A model generated the notes under the pieces. It was not told the DNA's origin and searched no databases. It was given only the letters and a program-made list of their open reading frames with translations. From positions 18,848,001-18,912,000 of the forward strand of contig OX597838.1 in assembly GCA_951406725.2 (NCBI GenBank): 64,000 nt of DNA. Reading direction: 5' to 3'. The position numbers were made by a program, and so were the translations under genes. Positions 13,263 through 33,322 of the stretch are shown here, piece after piece. The DNA is from Octopus vulgaris. Taxonomy: Eukaryota. How positions within the stretch are numbered: the stretch's first letter is position 1; each line of letters begins with the position of its first letter.

Positions 13263-13723
13263 GTTATTATTGTTATTATTATTGTTATTATTATTATTAT
13301 TATTATTGTTGTTGTTGTTATTATTGTTATTATTATTATTATTATTGTTGTTATTATTATTATTATTATTATTATTGTTGTTGTTGTTATTATTATTATT
13401 ATTATCATTATTATTATTATTATTATTGTTATTGTTATTATTATTGTTATTATTATTATTATTATTATTGTTATTATTGTTGTTGTTATTATTATTATTA
13501 TTATTGTTGTTGTTGTTGTTGTTGTTGTTGTTCTTGTTCTTGTTCTCTATTTTAAATTGTTTCTTCCAGCTTGTCGATTTACTTGGTCAATGCTAATTAC
13601 TAATTAGGAAGTCTTCTTCTAATGATGGTGGCGGTAAGGGTGGAGTGTGATGGTAGCGAAGGTGGTAGTGGTGATAGTGATGATGGTGGTAGTGGTGGCT
13701 GTTGTTGTTGTTGTTGTTATTGC

Positions 13724-13756
<33 letters not shown>

Positions 13757-14665
13757 AGGGACGACGGTGATGGCGGTGGTCGTGGTGGCGGCGGCGGCGG
13801 CGGTGTTATTAGTGGTGTTGGTAAAGGTGATGGTGGTGGTGGTGGTGGTGGTGGTGTGGCAGTGGAAGTAATTTTGACGAGGCTGTTTATGGTGGTGGCG
13901 GTGGCTGTGGTGGTGGGGTCGGTGGCTTCAGTGGGGATGATGCTGTTGTTGTTGTTGGTGGTGGTGGTGGTGGTGGTTGTGGTGATGGTGGTGGTGGCGA
14001 TGGTGGTATTATTAGTGGTGTTGGTGTTGGTGGTGATGGTGGTGGTAGTGATGGTGGTGGCGATGGTGGTATTATTAGTGGTGTTGGTGTTGGTAGTGGT
14101 GGTAATGGTGGTGGTATTATTAGTGGTGTTGGTGTTGTTAGTGGTGGTGGTGGTGGTGGTGGTGATGATGGTGTTATTAGTGGTGGTGGTGGTGGTGGTG
14201 GTGATGGTGGTGGTGGTGATGGTGATGGTGGTGGTTGCGATGGTGGTATTATTAGTGGTGTTGGTGTTGGTGTTGGTAGTGGTGGTGATGGTGGTGATGG
14301 TGGTGGTGGCGATGGTGGTATTATTAGTGGTGTTGGTGTTGGTGTGGTGGTGATGGTGGTGGTGGTGATGGTGGTGGTGGTATTATTAGTGGTGTTGGTG
14401 TTGGTAGTGGTGGTGATGGTGGTGGTGGTGATGGTGGTGGTGGCGATGGTGGTATTATTAGTGGTGTTGGTGTTGGTAGTGGTGGTGATGGTGGTGGTGG
14501 TGGTGGTGATGGTGGTGGTGGCGATGGTGGTGTTATTAGTGGTGTTGGTATTGGCGATGGTGGTGGTGCGTTGGTGGCGATGGTGGTGTTATTAGTGGTG
14601 TTGGTATTGGCGATGGTGGTGGTTGCGTTGGTGGTGGCGCGGCGGCGGTGTGGTGATGGCGGCGG
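12583..14665. repeat. (ATT/GTT)n and (GGT/GAT)n microsatellite and minisatellite fields
   Basis: Direct inspection. Includes a degenerate family A SINE at ~12877-13050. Confidence 0.9.
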
Positions 14666-14762
14666 TAGCCTCTTTGTATTGCATCTCAGAGCTGTTCATC
14701 GCCGTAAGAAATGTTTTCAAGAAATATGGTACGCATGTATGTATGTATATATATATGTGTGT

Positions 14763-14804
<42 letters not shown>

Positions 14805-14913
14805 GTGTATGCGTTTGTGTATACGTACATATGTGTTAGTACGTGTGTATGAGTATGTTTGTGTGTGTGTGTGTGGTGGTGTCTGTATGTACGTGTACAT
14901 ATCAGTGCATGTG

Positions 14914-14962
<49 letters not shown>

Positions 14963-15573
14963 ATATGAGTGGTTTTCTATGCGTATACACGTGTTTGTAT
15001 GAGTGAATGTATGTTTGAGTGTCTGTATGTGTATGCCTATGTACGTGTATGCGTATGTGTGCATCTGAGTCTGTGTGTTTGTAGTTAAGTAAGTGTGTGT
15101 AAGGGATTAAGTGATTATGTGTGTATTTGCGTGAGTGTGTGTATGCTTATGATTGTATGCGGTTGCTTGAGTATGTGTGTGAGTGCGTGTGTGTGCATGC
15201 GTGTGTGTGTGTGTATTAGTGCAAGAATATATGTGTATGTGTGTGTATTAGTGTAAAAATGTATGTGTATGTGTGTGTATTAGTGTAAGAATGTATGTGT
15301 ATGTGTGTGTGTATTAGTGTAAAAATGTATGTGTATGTGTGTGTATTAGTGTAAGAATGTATGTGTATGTGTGTGTGTATTAGTGTAAGAATGTATGTGT
15401 ATGTGTGTGTGTGTGTATTAGTGTAAGAAAGTGTAAGAAGGGCAATATCAGTGTGTGCGTGTGTATGTGTGTGTGAGAGAGAGAGAGAAAGTGAGTGATA
15501 GGAAGGTCTAGAATGACAAAATATCTACGCATATGTGTATACATATATATATGTATAAATGCATGTATATGTA

Positions 15574-15639
<66 letters not shown>

Positions 15640-15704
15640 ACAGGTGTATGCGAGTGAGAAAGAGAGAGAGAGAGAAATAGCAATATAGGGGAAAACAAAC
15701 TGGC

Positions 15705-20967
<5,263 letters not shown>

Positions 20968-20968
<1 letters not shown>

Positions 20969-21780
20969 TTAGCGGGTATTGACAACAAACGGATCGCCTA
21001 ACCATCGGAACGCTTCCCTTCTACAAAAAGCAGAAGAGTATGCGTTCTAGTTTGGTGATGGTAAGGTCAGGACAAGGCACGACAGTCAGACGGTAATCGA
21101 TGACGGATGCGATGCACGCGTTCGCCACCTCTGCCCGACCTTTTAGGGATAGCTTCAACTCGGCCCATTGCTGGGTGAGAGTGGCCATCCTACTCGTTAT
21201 CTCATCCCAGTTCCTCTCCATTTGGATCTCCGGACCGAACCAGACCCTGAGCAATTTAACCGGTCCGTCGGTCCAGCGTCCCAAGATGGAGACGCTGTTG
21301 GACGGCATCGGGCTTGCTTCTCCAGGTGCCGAGTCGCATGCCCACTTACTTTTCCCAGTTAATTTTAACCCCCGTTACCGCTTCGTATTCTTTTACCATC
21401 TCGCCGACCAGGTCGATATGCCTGCGGTTCGACACTATCACGGTGACGTCGTCCGCGCATGCAGACACGCTCCTCCCGCATCCCAGTTCTCACGGGATGT
21501 CTGTCCCTCAGCGTCGCCAGCTTCCGGTGTTGTGGCTCTAGAGTCAATACGTACAGAAGCGACGAGAGAGGACATCCTTGACGGATTGAACGCGTGATTT
21601 TAAATGGTATGGAAAGATGACCATTTACGCGAACTACCGAGCGGATGCCGCTGTATAAGGCAGCGATCCAACCGCGGAAGGCAGGACCGAAACCAGCCGC
21701 TCTAAGGACAGCCTCCAAGTAGCGATGGTCTACCCTATCGAAACCTTTCGATTGATCCAAGTTATTCAGCGCCCCATCCA
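20968..21780 (-). pseudogene. Tx1/L1-clade LINE reverse transcriptase fragment
   Basis: LDQSKGFDRVDH, RQGCPLS.LLYVL, ADDVTVIV and KLSLKGRAEVAN motifs, with frameshifts and stops. Confidence 0.85.
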
Positions 21781-22074
21781 AGAAATAGCTTACAAACTAC
21801 AGAATTTTCTCAAGAAAGCCAAGAGAAAAAGATGTTTTATAAACACATTCTACCAGTATACGAAGTTTAAAAGTGATTAGTTACAAAGAAATTATTTTAA
21901 AAATCTGCCGGTCAAAGCGAAAAGAACCAGCATAAGTCCTGGCGGTCGATTTGTCCGACTAAGAGAACTTTCGAGGCTGTGCCCCAGCATGGCCGCAGTC
22001 AAGTGACTGAAATAAGTAAAAGGTGAAAGTCACCCCACGTTTTTTTTTGTTTTGTTTAGTTTTTGCTTGTTTAA

Positions 22075-22310
22075 TTGGTTGGTTGGTTGGTTGGTTGGTT
22101 GGTTTGTTGGCTGGTTGTTTTTGCACACATTTATATTTAAATAAGGCTATATGTTGAAACCTCTAACCTGTCTGGTTTCTGAATAGACCAGATTGTTGGG
22201 TCACGGATGGATGGAACTTCAGTCGCCAAGGCTGTTGAACTGTTAAATGTCACGCGAGATACATTCTCTAAAAATCCTGTAAAGAATGAAAGAGAGAGAA
22301 GGGAAGAAAC
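22075..22310 (+). repeat. (GGTT)n-anchored ~190-bp repeat, second copy at ~24575-24770
   Basis: TTGTTGGCTGG...GCACACATTTATATTTAAATAAGGC...CATTCTCTAAAA is present twice. Confidence 0.75.
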
Positions 22311-22333
22311 ACCTTGCTCTAAAATGACCTAAA

Positions 22334-22406
<73 letters not shown>

Positions 22407-22409
22407 CAT

Positions 22410-22802
22410 TTCTATTGAAAGCACAAGACCTCAAACTTGGGGGAAGGGATTAAATCGATTACACCGACCTCAGTGCGTAACTGGTACTAAATTTATCGAC
22501 CCCGAAAGGGTGAAAGGCAAAGTCGACCTCGGCTGAATTCGAACCCAGAACGTGACAGCGGACGAAATGCCTATTTCTTTACTACCCACAAGGGACTAAA
22601 CACAGAGGTGAGAAACAAGGACAGACAAACGGATTAAGTCGGTTACATCGACCCCAGTGCGTAACTGGTACTTAATTTATCGACCCCGAAAGGATGAAAG
22701 GTAAAGTCGACCTCGGCTGAATTCGAACCCAGAACGTGACAGCGGACGAAATACCGCCAAGCATTTCACCCGGCGCGCTAACGATTCTGCCAACTCGCCG
22801 CT
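22410..22802 (-). mobile_element. Tandem family A SINEs
   Basis: Two units of the family A body. Confidence 0.8.
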
Positions 22803-23158
22803 TTAATAATAACAAGAATTATTATTGTTTCAAATTTTTGCCGCAAGGACAGCTTGGGAGCGGTTCTTGAGATATCTAGCCCACAGACAAACAAACAAAC
22901 AAACACGACTGAAAAACAATACCTCCACCTTCGTTAAGGTGGATGTAATAATAGCCCTTCCATCAACATTCTATGTAATTCCAAATGTCATTTTGATAAT
23001 AACAAAGTTATGCTAAGTTTTTTGTTATTTTCAAATTTAAATGAAACAAAGACAGAATATTTCAACAGAAACGTGATAATAAAAGGATTTTAAATAGAAA
23101 TATTGAACAATTCATTCTTTTTCACTCGGGAGGGCGCTGTTTGTCACAACTTCCACTT

Positions 23159-23223
<65 letters not shown>

Positions 23224-23225
<2 letters not shown>

Positions 23226-23425
23226 GGGAAGGTTTACGAAAATAAACAAAAGACGAAGGCAGGTGGAGTACAAACAAACAAATGTATTAGTATGGCGCTC
23301 AGGAATAGAAATAGAACAAGTCTTTTACGTTTCGAGCCTACGCTCTTCGACAGAAAGATACACAGAAAAAAACAAGGAGAGAAAAAAATGCGTGTAGGAG
23401 CTAACGATCTATCATGGCGTCCTAA
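23224..23425 (-). mobile_element. Family F element with an intact-topology hammerhead at 23321-23358
   Basis: Minus strand tcttt-CTGTCGA-a-gagc GTAG gctc-GAAAC-GTA-aaaga. Embedded in (TA)n on both sides. Confidence 0.75.
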
Positions 23426-23464
23426 TATATATATATATATATATATATACATAAATATATATAC

Positions 23465-23514
<50 letters not shown>

Positions 23515-23670
23515 ATATATATATATATATATAACAATAAATGGTGGGGTTGTGCTGACCGCACGTGGAGAAATGATAGGCAAGGAAAAATTATAAAAAG
23601 GCTGAATGCTAAATTGAAAGTAAATTTTAATGAAAATGTGTGTATGGAAAATTTTTAAAAATATATATAT

Positions 23671-23714
23671 TAATTTAAACCGGTTTTCGTCGCAATGCGA
23701 CTTTTCAAGAATTG
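23671..23714 (-). ncRNA. Hammerhead motif with C3U/G8A compensatory core
   Basis: Minus strand aattc-TTGAAAA-gtcgc ATT gcgac-GAAA-accggt-TT-aaatt, palindromic stem III. Confidence 0.5.
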
Positions 23715-23814
23715 TAAGGTGGAAAAAAATTTTTTTATATATATATATTATATATAATTGAGGTGGGGGAAAAAAAGAAAATTACATTGTTTTTTGCAAA
23801 AAAATAAAAAACAT

Positions 23815-24090
23815 ATACAAGAATTAAAAACTAGGTACACCGATACATTGTAAAGTCTTTGTGTATCTCGAGTTCAAAGATAGTTCTTGGAAAAATTGCC
23901 TTGGAGGATTAAGATCCATGTGATTAAATCCATGTGGTGTTTAATTTAGGATGTTTGTTATTAAACACCACATGGATTTAATCACATGGATCTTAATCCT
24001 CCAAGGTCATTTTTCCAAGAACTATCATTGAACTCGAGATACACAAAGACTTTACAAAGTATCGGTGTACCTATTTTTTGATTTTTGTAT
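23815..24090. repeat. ~130-bp inverted repeat with a 14-nt spacer (PLE-type inverted junction)
   Basis: 23815-23945 is the near-perfect reverse complement of 23960-24090. Confidence 0.9.
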
Positions 24091-24293
24091 TCTTTCTTTA
24101 CTTGTTTCAGTCATTTGACTGCGGTCATGCTGGAGCACCGCCTTTAGTCGAGCAACTCGACCCCGGCACTTATTCTTTGTAAGCCCAGTACTTATTCTAT
24201 CGGTCTCTTTTGCCGAACCGCTAATGACGTAAGAGACGTAAACACACCAACATCGGTTGTCAAGCAATGCTAGGGGGACAAACACAGACATAA

Positions 24294-24361
<68 letters not shown>

Positions 24362-24885
24362 CATACATACGACAGGCTTCTTTCAGTTTCCGTCTACCAA
24401 ATCCACTCACAAGGCATTGTTTGTTGGTTGGTTGGTTGGTTGGTTGGTTGGTTGGTTGGTTGGTTGGTTGGTTGGTTGGTTGGTTGGTTGGTTGGTTGGT
24501 TGGTTGGTTGGTTGGTTGGTTGGTTGGTTGGTTGGTTGGTTGGTTGGTTGGTTGGTTGGTTGGTTGGTTGGTTGGTTGGTTTGTTGGCTGGCTGTTTTTG
24601 CACACATTTATATTTAAATAAGGCTCTATGTTGAAACGTGTGACCTGTCTGGTTTCTGAATAAGACAGACTGTTGGGTCACGGGTGGATAGAACTGCAGT
24701 GACTAAAGCTGTTGAACTGTTTAATTTCACTTGAAATACATTCTCTAAAATCCTGCAATGAATGAAAATGAGGGAAGAGGTAAGAGGAGAAGATAAAAGA
24801 TATATATTCTTTTATTCTCTAATATGTTTCAGTCCAATGACTGTGGGCATGGTACATATATATATATATATATATATATAAACAT

Positions 24886-25012
<127 letters not shown>

Positions 25013-25071
25013 TGTATATATTCTTTTATTCTCTAATATGTTTCAGTCCAATGACTGTGGGCATGGTACAT

Positions 25072-25179
<108 letters not shown>

Positions 25180-26015
25180 TTACATACACATACATACATA
25201 CATATATATATACATACATACATACATACATACATACATACATACATACGTACATATATATATAAAAACTTACTTGGAGAAAAGAAACGAAACGATGTAT
25301 GTATGTATGTGTATATATATATATACATATACATATATATATATACATATATATCTATATGTATATATATATATCTATATATACATACATACATACATAC
25401 ATACATACATACATACATACATACATACATACATACATACATACATACATACATACATACATACGTATATGTACGTACCTACATCTATATGTATATATAT
25501 ATATATACATCTATATGCATATATAAAAAATTTCTATTGAATTTTTTTCTACCCTTATATTGATTAATTAATGATATTTTTTTGGCTAATTCTGAAATTA
25601 AATCAGCAGTTTATATTTGCTGCTGATAAGTTGGCGCGGTGACAGTAGATTTTGAAAATTTAGAGTATTTATTCCCTAGGCATCGATGCTGTTGCCTCGT
25701 GGAATATTTATTCCTCCTGGCTTCTTTGCCGATGAGACGAGCCAGTGGTAAATTGTCTTGATTAAATTTAATTTAATTTAATTAGGCTGGTTTACCAAAA
25801 AGTGCGTTGAAACAATGCATTGTCCAAAGATGACTAGGGTAAATGTTTTTAATTTTCCTTTGATTTCTGAATTACTACTATTTAGCGGTTTGAGTATAGC
25901 TGCTCGTTTTAGTGAGTTGAATGGCCTATTAAGGCCATTCCTTAATATTATTGTTATATGTAGAACACAACGAGAAACGAAAACATAAAAACACGTTTAT
26001 TTGTGGAGTCCTGTA

Positions 26016-26073
<58 letters not shown>

Positions 26074-26119
26074 TGTATATATACATACAGATGTAGGTAC
26101 GACATATATGTATGTATGC

Positions 26120-26283
<164 letters not shown>

Positions 26284-26510
26284 TAGTTGAATGAATTATC
26301 TTATTATGGATAATTCGGTCAACCGATACCTGGGTAGCAAATTCACGTCAGAAAAACACGGTTGAAGCCACATGCCTAGGGCAGAGATCACGTGCTATCG
26401 TGTGGAAATTTGTGTGTATTTTTTAAATACAAATAAATGATATCGCTATGGGCTCCGTGTGGGCAGCCATCTAAAAGTTTTTTGTGCATCTTGATGCTGA
26501 AATAAGTTCC

Positions 26511-26600
26511 TTATTTTTCCTGATGAGAAGGCGGCATAATGCACCCCTTATTCCTTCGAAATTAGGAATATGCAGCCTTCGAAGTATATGTCGAAAATAA
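26511..26600 (+). ncRNA. Degenerate hammerhead with a long stem II, in a (TA)n-flanked element (26281-26650)
   Basis: ttatttttc-CTGATGA-gaaggc...gccttc-GAAG-tatat-GTC-gaaaataa. GAAA is mutated to GAAG. Confidence 0.5.
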
Positions 26601-26649
26601 AATAAAGGAATTTTGTTAATTCGTCATTCAACTCCATTCTTTCATTTAT

Positions 26650-26691
<42 letters not shown>

Positions 26692-26890
26692 GTATCTGTG
26701 TTTGTCCCCGCAACATCGCTTGACAACCGATGCTGGAGTGTTTACGTCTCCGTAACTTAGCGGTTCAGCAAAAGAGAACGATAGAATAAGTAGTAGGCTT
26801 ACAAAGAATAAGTCCTGGGGTAGATTTACTCGACTAAACGCGGTACTCCAGCATGGCCACAGTCAAATGACTGAAACAAGTAAGAGCGTA

Positions 26891-26999
<109 letters not shown>

Positions 27000-27356
27000 G
27001 GCTGCCCCCTCGTTAACGAGTATGGCCATTGCACGAAGCTTAATTGTTATTGGTGCTGTGATCGAATGTGACTTTTTAGCCCAGCTAAAGATCTACAATG
27101 TCTTGTACAGAATTGGCAACTAAAACCTTTACTGGTAATAGCCGGCTTTAGTTGTAACTGGGCTTCATGTACCTTTGCATGTCGTTTAAGCCACTTTTGA
27201 GAAATCTCGAGTTGCACATGAGAAAGTAAGGAGGGATGTCAGGAAAGGCATCGCCGTTACACTTCCAGATGGGAAGGGTCTTCGTATGATGCTGACATGC
27301 AGTGTCTGTGCAAGACCCTGCCTCAGTAAGGCTGGACTCAAGAGTCATCTTCGTAG

Positions 27357-27392
<36 letters not shown>

Positions 27393-27702
27393 CCTCGGGC
27401 TGACCAAAGCCTTGAGTGGATTTGGTAGACGGAAACTGAAAGAAGCCTGTCGTATATATATATGTATATATATATGTGTGTGAGTGTGTGTTTGTGTCTG
27501 TGTTTGTCCCCCCAACATCGCCTGATAACCGATGCTGGTGTGTTTGCATCCCTATAACTTAGCCGTTCGGCAAAAGAGACCGATAGAATAAGTATTAGGC
27601 TTACGAAGAATAAGTGCTGGGGTCGATGTGCTCGACTAAAGGCGGTGCTCCAGCATAGCCGCAGTAAAATGACTGAAACAAGTAAAAGAGTAAGAGTAAA
27701 GA

Positions 27703-27746
<44 letters not shown>

Positions 27747-27810
27747 ATGTATTTATGTGTGTGTATGAGTGTGTATGTATGTGTGCGTGTAAATATATAC
27801 ATACATGTGT

Positions 27811-27873
<63 letters not shown>

Positions 27874-28138
27874 TGTGTTTGTGTGTGTGTGAGTAGTTTA
27901 CTTGAGCATTTATGTAATTTTATGTAAAGAGAGGTTTATCAGAATGCATCAATAATGCACTTAGATTAAATATTAATATGAACAATGACAAAAGATAGTG
28001 AATCGCTATCTGAAAAAATGCTTGACGTTCCTGATATTTCGGGTATGAAAAAAAAAGCCTTCTTTAAGAAAGGCATAAGAAACATTAGTAGGCGAGTGAA
28101 AGCGACTGTGCATTCATGCAGGCGAGCACGCACACACA

Positions 28139-28190
<52 letters not shown>

Positions 28191-29221
28191 TACACACACA
28201 CACACACACAAACGCTTTTTAGCAATGTTTCACATAATACAAATAGATATAGTACAGCCTGTTTAAATATTTCAAATTTTAGCCATCGCTAAAATTTTAT
28301 GTATGTATGTATGTTTGTATTATGTATGTATGTATGTATGTATATATGTGAGTATGTGAGTATGTATGTAAGTATGTATGTACGTGTGTATGTATGTACG
28401 TATGTATGTACGTATGTATGTATGTATCTATGTAAGTATGTATGTACGTGTGTATGTATGTATGTATGTATGCATGTATGTATGCATGTATGTATGTATG
28501 TATGTATGTATCTATGTATGTGTGTGTATGTATGTATGTAAGTATGTATGTACGTATGTATGTATGTATGTATGTATGTATGTATGTACGTATGTATGTA
28601 TGTTTGTATGTATGTATGTATGTTTGTATGTATGTATGTATGTATGTATGTATGTACGTATGTATGTATGTATGTATGTATGTATGTATGTATGTATGTA
28701 TGTACGTATGTATCTATGTTTCTATGTATGTGTGTATGTATGTGAGTATGCATGTATGTATGTATGTATGTATGTATGTATGTATGCATGTATGTATGTA
28801 TCTATCTATGTATGTGTGTATTTATGTATGTATGTATGTATGTATGTATGTATGTATGTATGTATGTATGTATACACTGACATAAATAAAGAAATTTCTG
28901 GCATTCCGTCGGTTATGACAAAGAGTACTTCCTATTTCTTTACTACCCACAAGGGACTAAACACAGAGAGGACAAACAATGACAGATTACACTTGTACGT
29001 CATTGTTCGGTTTTATTTCAAGATTTCTTGCCAATAGAGAAAGAACCGGTTTCTAACCTAGATCCAAGGCTCCTTCATTGGAATTTCAACACCAACAGGG
29101 TATTTTTGTTTGTATGTATGTATGTATGTATATGTGCAAATTTGTGTGTTTTGCTTTATGTATGTATTCTCGTGCATATAGCTGCATATCTAACATGCTT
29201 ATATATATTTAAATGATATAC

Positions 29222-29517
29222 GTGGAGGCGCAATAGCCCAGTGGTTAGGGCAGCGGACTCGCGGTCGTAGGATCGCGGTTTCGATTCCCAGACCGGGCGT
29301 TGTGAGTGTTTATTGAGCGAAAACATTTAAAAGCTCCACGAGGCTCCGGCAGTGGGTGGTGGCGATCCCTGCTGTACTCTTTCGCCACAATTTTCTCTCA
29401 CTCTTTCTTCTGTTGACCTGCTCGCTTAGCCAGCGGGGTGGCGTCATCTGAAGGCTAAAACAATGCGAAGTGCATTGTGACCAGCGATGTGTAACCACAT
29501 CTTATAGCCTGGTCGGT
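29222..29517 (+). mobile_element. SINE family B (tRNA-like head), tail type 1
   Basis: GTGGAGGCGCAATAGCCCAGTGGTTAG...GGTTTCGATTCC boxes A/B. Same tail as the 56031-56345 copy. Confidence 0.85.
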
Positions 29518-29581
29518 ATAAAACAACAGGATATATATAAACATTTTTCTTTACAATTCTTTCAGAGAAAGAAAATAGAGG

Positions 29582-29631
29582 ATAAACCTAACCAATTTCG
29601 GGCCTATTTGAGAGACCTCTTCAGGGTCCAC
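29582..29631 (-). ncRNA. Type I hammerhead ribozyme motif
   Basis: Minus strand gtggacc-CTGAAGA-ggtct(7)aggcc-c-GAAA-ttggt-TA-ggtttat. Stem I pairs over 7 bp with wobbles. Confidence 0.55.
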
Positions 29632-30045
29632 GTACACACCTGCTAACTGCCCGCATACAGATTATACCTGTATGTCATTGTTCAGTTTTATTTAAAGATT
29701 TATTAGCAATAGAGAAAGAGCCGGTTTCTAACCTAGATCTAAAGCTCCTGCATTGAATTTTCAACATCAGCAACAGGGTGGTGTGTGTGTATTTATGTAT
29801 GTATATGTGGAAATCCAGTTTTCTGTTAACATACATGCATGTATATGCATATGTCAATAATGACATATATATGCATATATACATATATGTTTGTATCTAT
29901 TTATGTATGTATGTATGTATGTATGTATGTATGTATGTATGTATGTATGTATGTATGTATGTATGTATGTATGCATGTATGTATGTATGTATGTATGTAT
30001 AAATATATGTATGTACATATATATGTATGTACGAATGTGTGTGTG

Positions 30046-30091
<46 letters not shown>

Positions 30092-30092
<1 letters not shown>

Positions 30093-30296
30093 TGTCCGAA
30101 GTCGGGACGCCATGATAGATCGTTAGCTACTACACTCATTTTTTTCTCTCCTTGTTTTTTTCTGTGTATCTTTCTGTCGAAGAGCGTAGGCTCGAAACGT
30201 AAAAGACTTTTTCTATTCCTGAGCGCCATACCAATAGATTTGTTTGTTTGTACCCCAACTGCCTTCGTCTTTTGTTTATTTTCGTAAACTTTCCCT
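30092..30296 (+). mobile_element. Family F element with hammerhead at 30169-30206
   Basis: tcttt-CTGTCGA-a-gagc GTAG gctc-GAAAC-GTA-aaaga, directly after (TA)n. Confidence 0.75.
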
Positions 30297-30298
30297 TA

Positions 30299-30710
30299 GG
30301 CGCAGGAGTGGCTGTGTGGTAAGTAGCTTGCTAACCAACCACATGGTTCCGGGTTCAGTCCCACTGCGTGGCGTGTTGGACAAGTGTCTTCTGCTATAGC
30401 CCTGGGCCGACCAATGCCTTGTGAGTAGATTTGGTAGACGGAAACTGAAAGAAGCCTATCGTATATATGTATATATATGTATATGTATGTATGTGTATGT
30501 GTTTGTGTGTCTGTGTTTGTACCCCTAGCATTGCCTGACAACCGATGCTGGTGTGTTTACGTCCCCGTCACTTAGCGGTTCGGCAAATAAGTACCGATAG
30601 AATAAGTACTGGGCTTACAAAGAATAAGTCCCGGGGTCGATTTGCTCGACTAAAAGGTGGTGCTCCAGAATGGCCGCAGTCCAATGACTGAAACAAGTAA
30701 AAGAGTAAAA

Positions 30711-30713
<3 letters not shown>
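30299..30713 (+). mobile_element. Full-length family C SINE (other copies near 2920, 3370, 24085, 26695, 27390, 32180, 39010, 44310, 45275, 55700, 62935)
   Basis: GGCGCAGGAGTGGCTGTGTGG head, internal microsatellite, (GTAAAAGA)n tail. Confidence 0.85.
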
Positions 30714-30755
<42 letters not shown>

Positions 30756-31039
30756 TGCAATATGTAGCATGTTTGGGATAATCATACATTATCACAGGGC
30801 TTACGGGATACTCCGCCACTTTTTAAGATGGAATGTACTTCTTGCTGAAAGGGTCAGCTTTGTCCGTAACTGTATCATGTGTTCATTCTGGTTGAGTACT
30901 ACGTTAATGGAACACGAACCCACACAATACACAAGTCAGTACAGTGTGTCGAACAACTGAAATAATCGTCGTCGAAAGAGACGGAAGATCCAATTTTTTT
31001 TTTTTATATATTTGCCTAAGTATATGTGTATCTATGTGT

Positions 31040-31636
<597 letters not shown>

Positions 31637-32459
31637 AGTTTGTCAGTTGTCCTTCCGATTCCCTGTTTGTACTGTATCAGATTTTCACGACAATAAAATT
31701 TATTACAACCGAATCGTAAAGTTGGCGCTAAACGAATTAATTAAGCGAAGCATTAATTGATTGAAAATTACACCCGTGGTGAGGAGGAGGAAAAAAATAA
31801 AATAGGTTAATGATTAATTATAGTTCCGCAATTTCAATTAAATAAAACAAAAACAAGCTAAACTATTTCTAAACAATTCAAATAATGATTTAAGGGAAAA
31901 GATATTTGAGTGAAAAACGTCTCACAAAACTTAGAAAATAATCCATTTTAGAAGCGATCGAGACGGCCTCTACCTGGTCACTCAGCTTACTAAACATAGC
32001 AGCTAAGTTTCCCAGTATCCTTGAGTGGTGCCACAAATTGATATGGTCAGCGTGGAGGAACTTGAAGATCAGTGATCAATGGGAGAAGGCCGAAGGAGAA
32101 TACATTCCGAGATAGAATCGATATCAGCCAATCCAGATCAATATCTCTTCTCAATTGTTATCTTTCTGGCTTTTCATTTTTTTACTTCGATTCAGTCATT
32201 AGACTGCGGTCATGCTGGAGCACCGCCTCAAAGAGCTTTAAGTCGAACGAATCGACCCCAGTACTTTTTGGAGTTTTTGTTTTTGTTTTTTTGCTTTTTG
32301 TTTTTTGTAAAGCCTGGTACTCATTTTATTAGTGTCTTTTGCTGAACTGCTAAGTTGCGGGAATGTAAGCACACCAATACCGATTGTCATGCGGTGGTGG
32401 GAAGGAAACAAACGCAAACACACACATACACACACACACACGCACACGCACACACACAC

Positions 32460-32505
<46 letters not shown>

Positions 32506-33322
32506 GCACACAAACACACGTATGTGTGTGCATACGACAAGCTTCTTTTAGTTTCCGTCAACCAAATCCACTCACAAGGATTTGGCTGACCCGAGGCTAT
32601 AGTAGAAGACACTTAACAAAGGTGCTACGCAGTGGGACTGAACCCGGAACCATATGGTTGGGAATCAAGTTTCTTTGCACACAGCCACAACAGCGCCTAT
32701 TGAATGCTGAAGGAAAAATCTTCTCTGTTATGGCAGCAAGGATAACTAAATATCTCACAGAGAATAAGTGCTTGGATAGGCCAGTTCAGAAGGGAGACAA
32801 GTCTGGAGTATCAACTTATATAGTATATACCCCTTTGGTTTAGCAAGCAATCCAAAGGACTAGAGCAGAAAAGAGATATTGGCTTGGTGTGGTATGGCTC
32901 GATCTGTCAAATGCCTACAGTTCGATCCCATATGATGAAACAAGCTCTTCACACTTATCACACTCTAAAGAACACCAGAGAAGTGTTGATGAAGTTTTTC
33001 ACTGGGATTTCTGTGCGTTTCCACAACCAAAGTGTACACAGTTCTTTGGATGGATCAATTTAGAAGTTGGCATAGCAATGGGCAGTGCAATCTCCCCTGT
33101 ATTATTTGTGTTGGTGCTGGAGATCATCCTGAAGGCAGAAATGGGACGGTCAGCTCCAATAGATCTTGGAGAAGGATTTCGGATGACACCTCTAAATGTC
33201 TTCATGGACGACACTACAGTCTGTAGTGGGACATGAAAGACCTATTTTGTCGCTGCGGCTATATTCAGTTGTGCTTTGGCAGACGCCAGACAGTCAAAGT
33301 TGGCGATGTAGTAATACAAGTA

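Noticed and set aside
27985-28266. 93-aa ORF MTKDSESLSEK...
   Set aside because: No recognisable domain or splice support, and it runs into (CA)n.
29222-29295. tRNA genes at SINE B/D heads
   Set aside because: Boxes A and B are present but there is no proper acceptor stem, and each continues into a SINE body.
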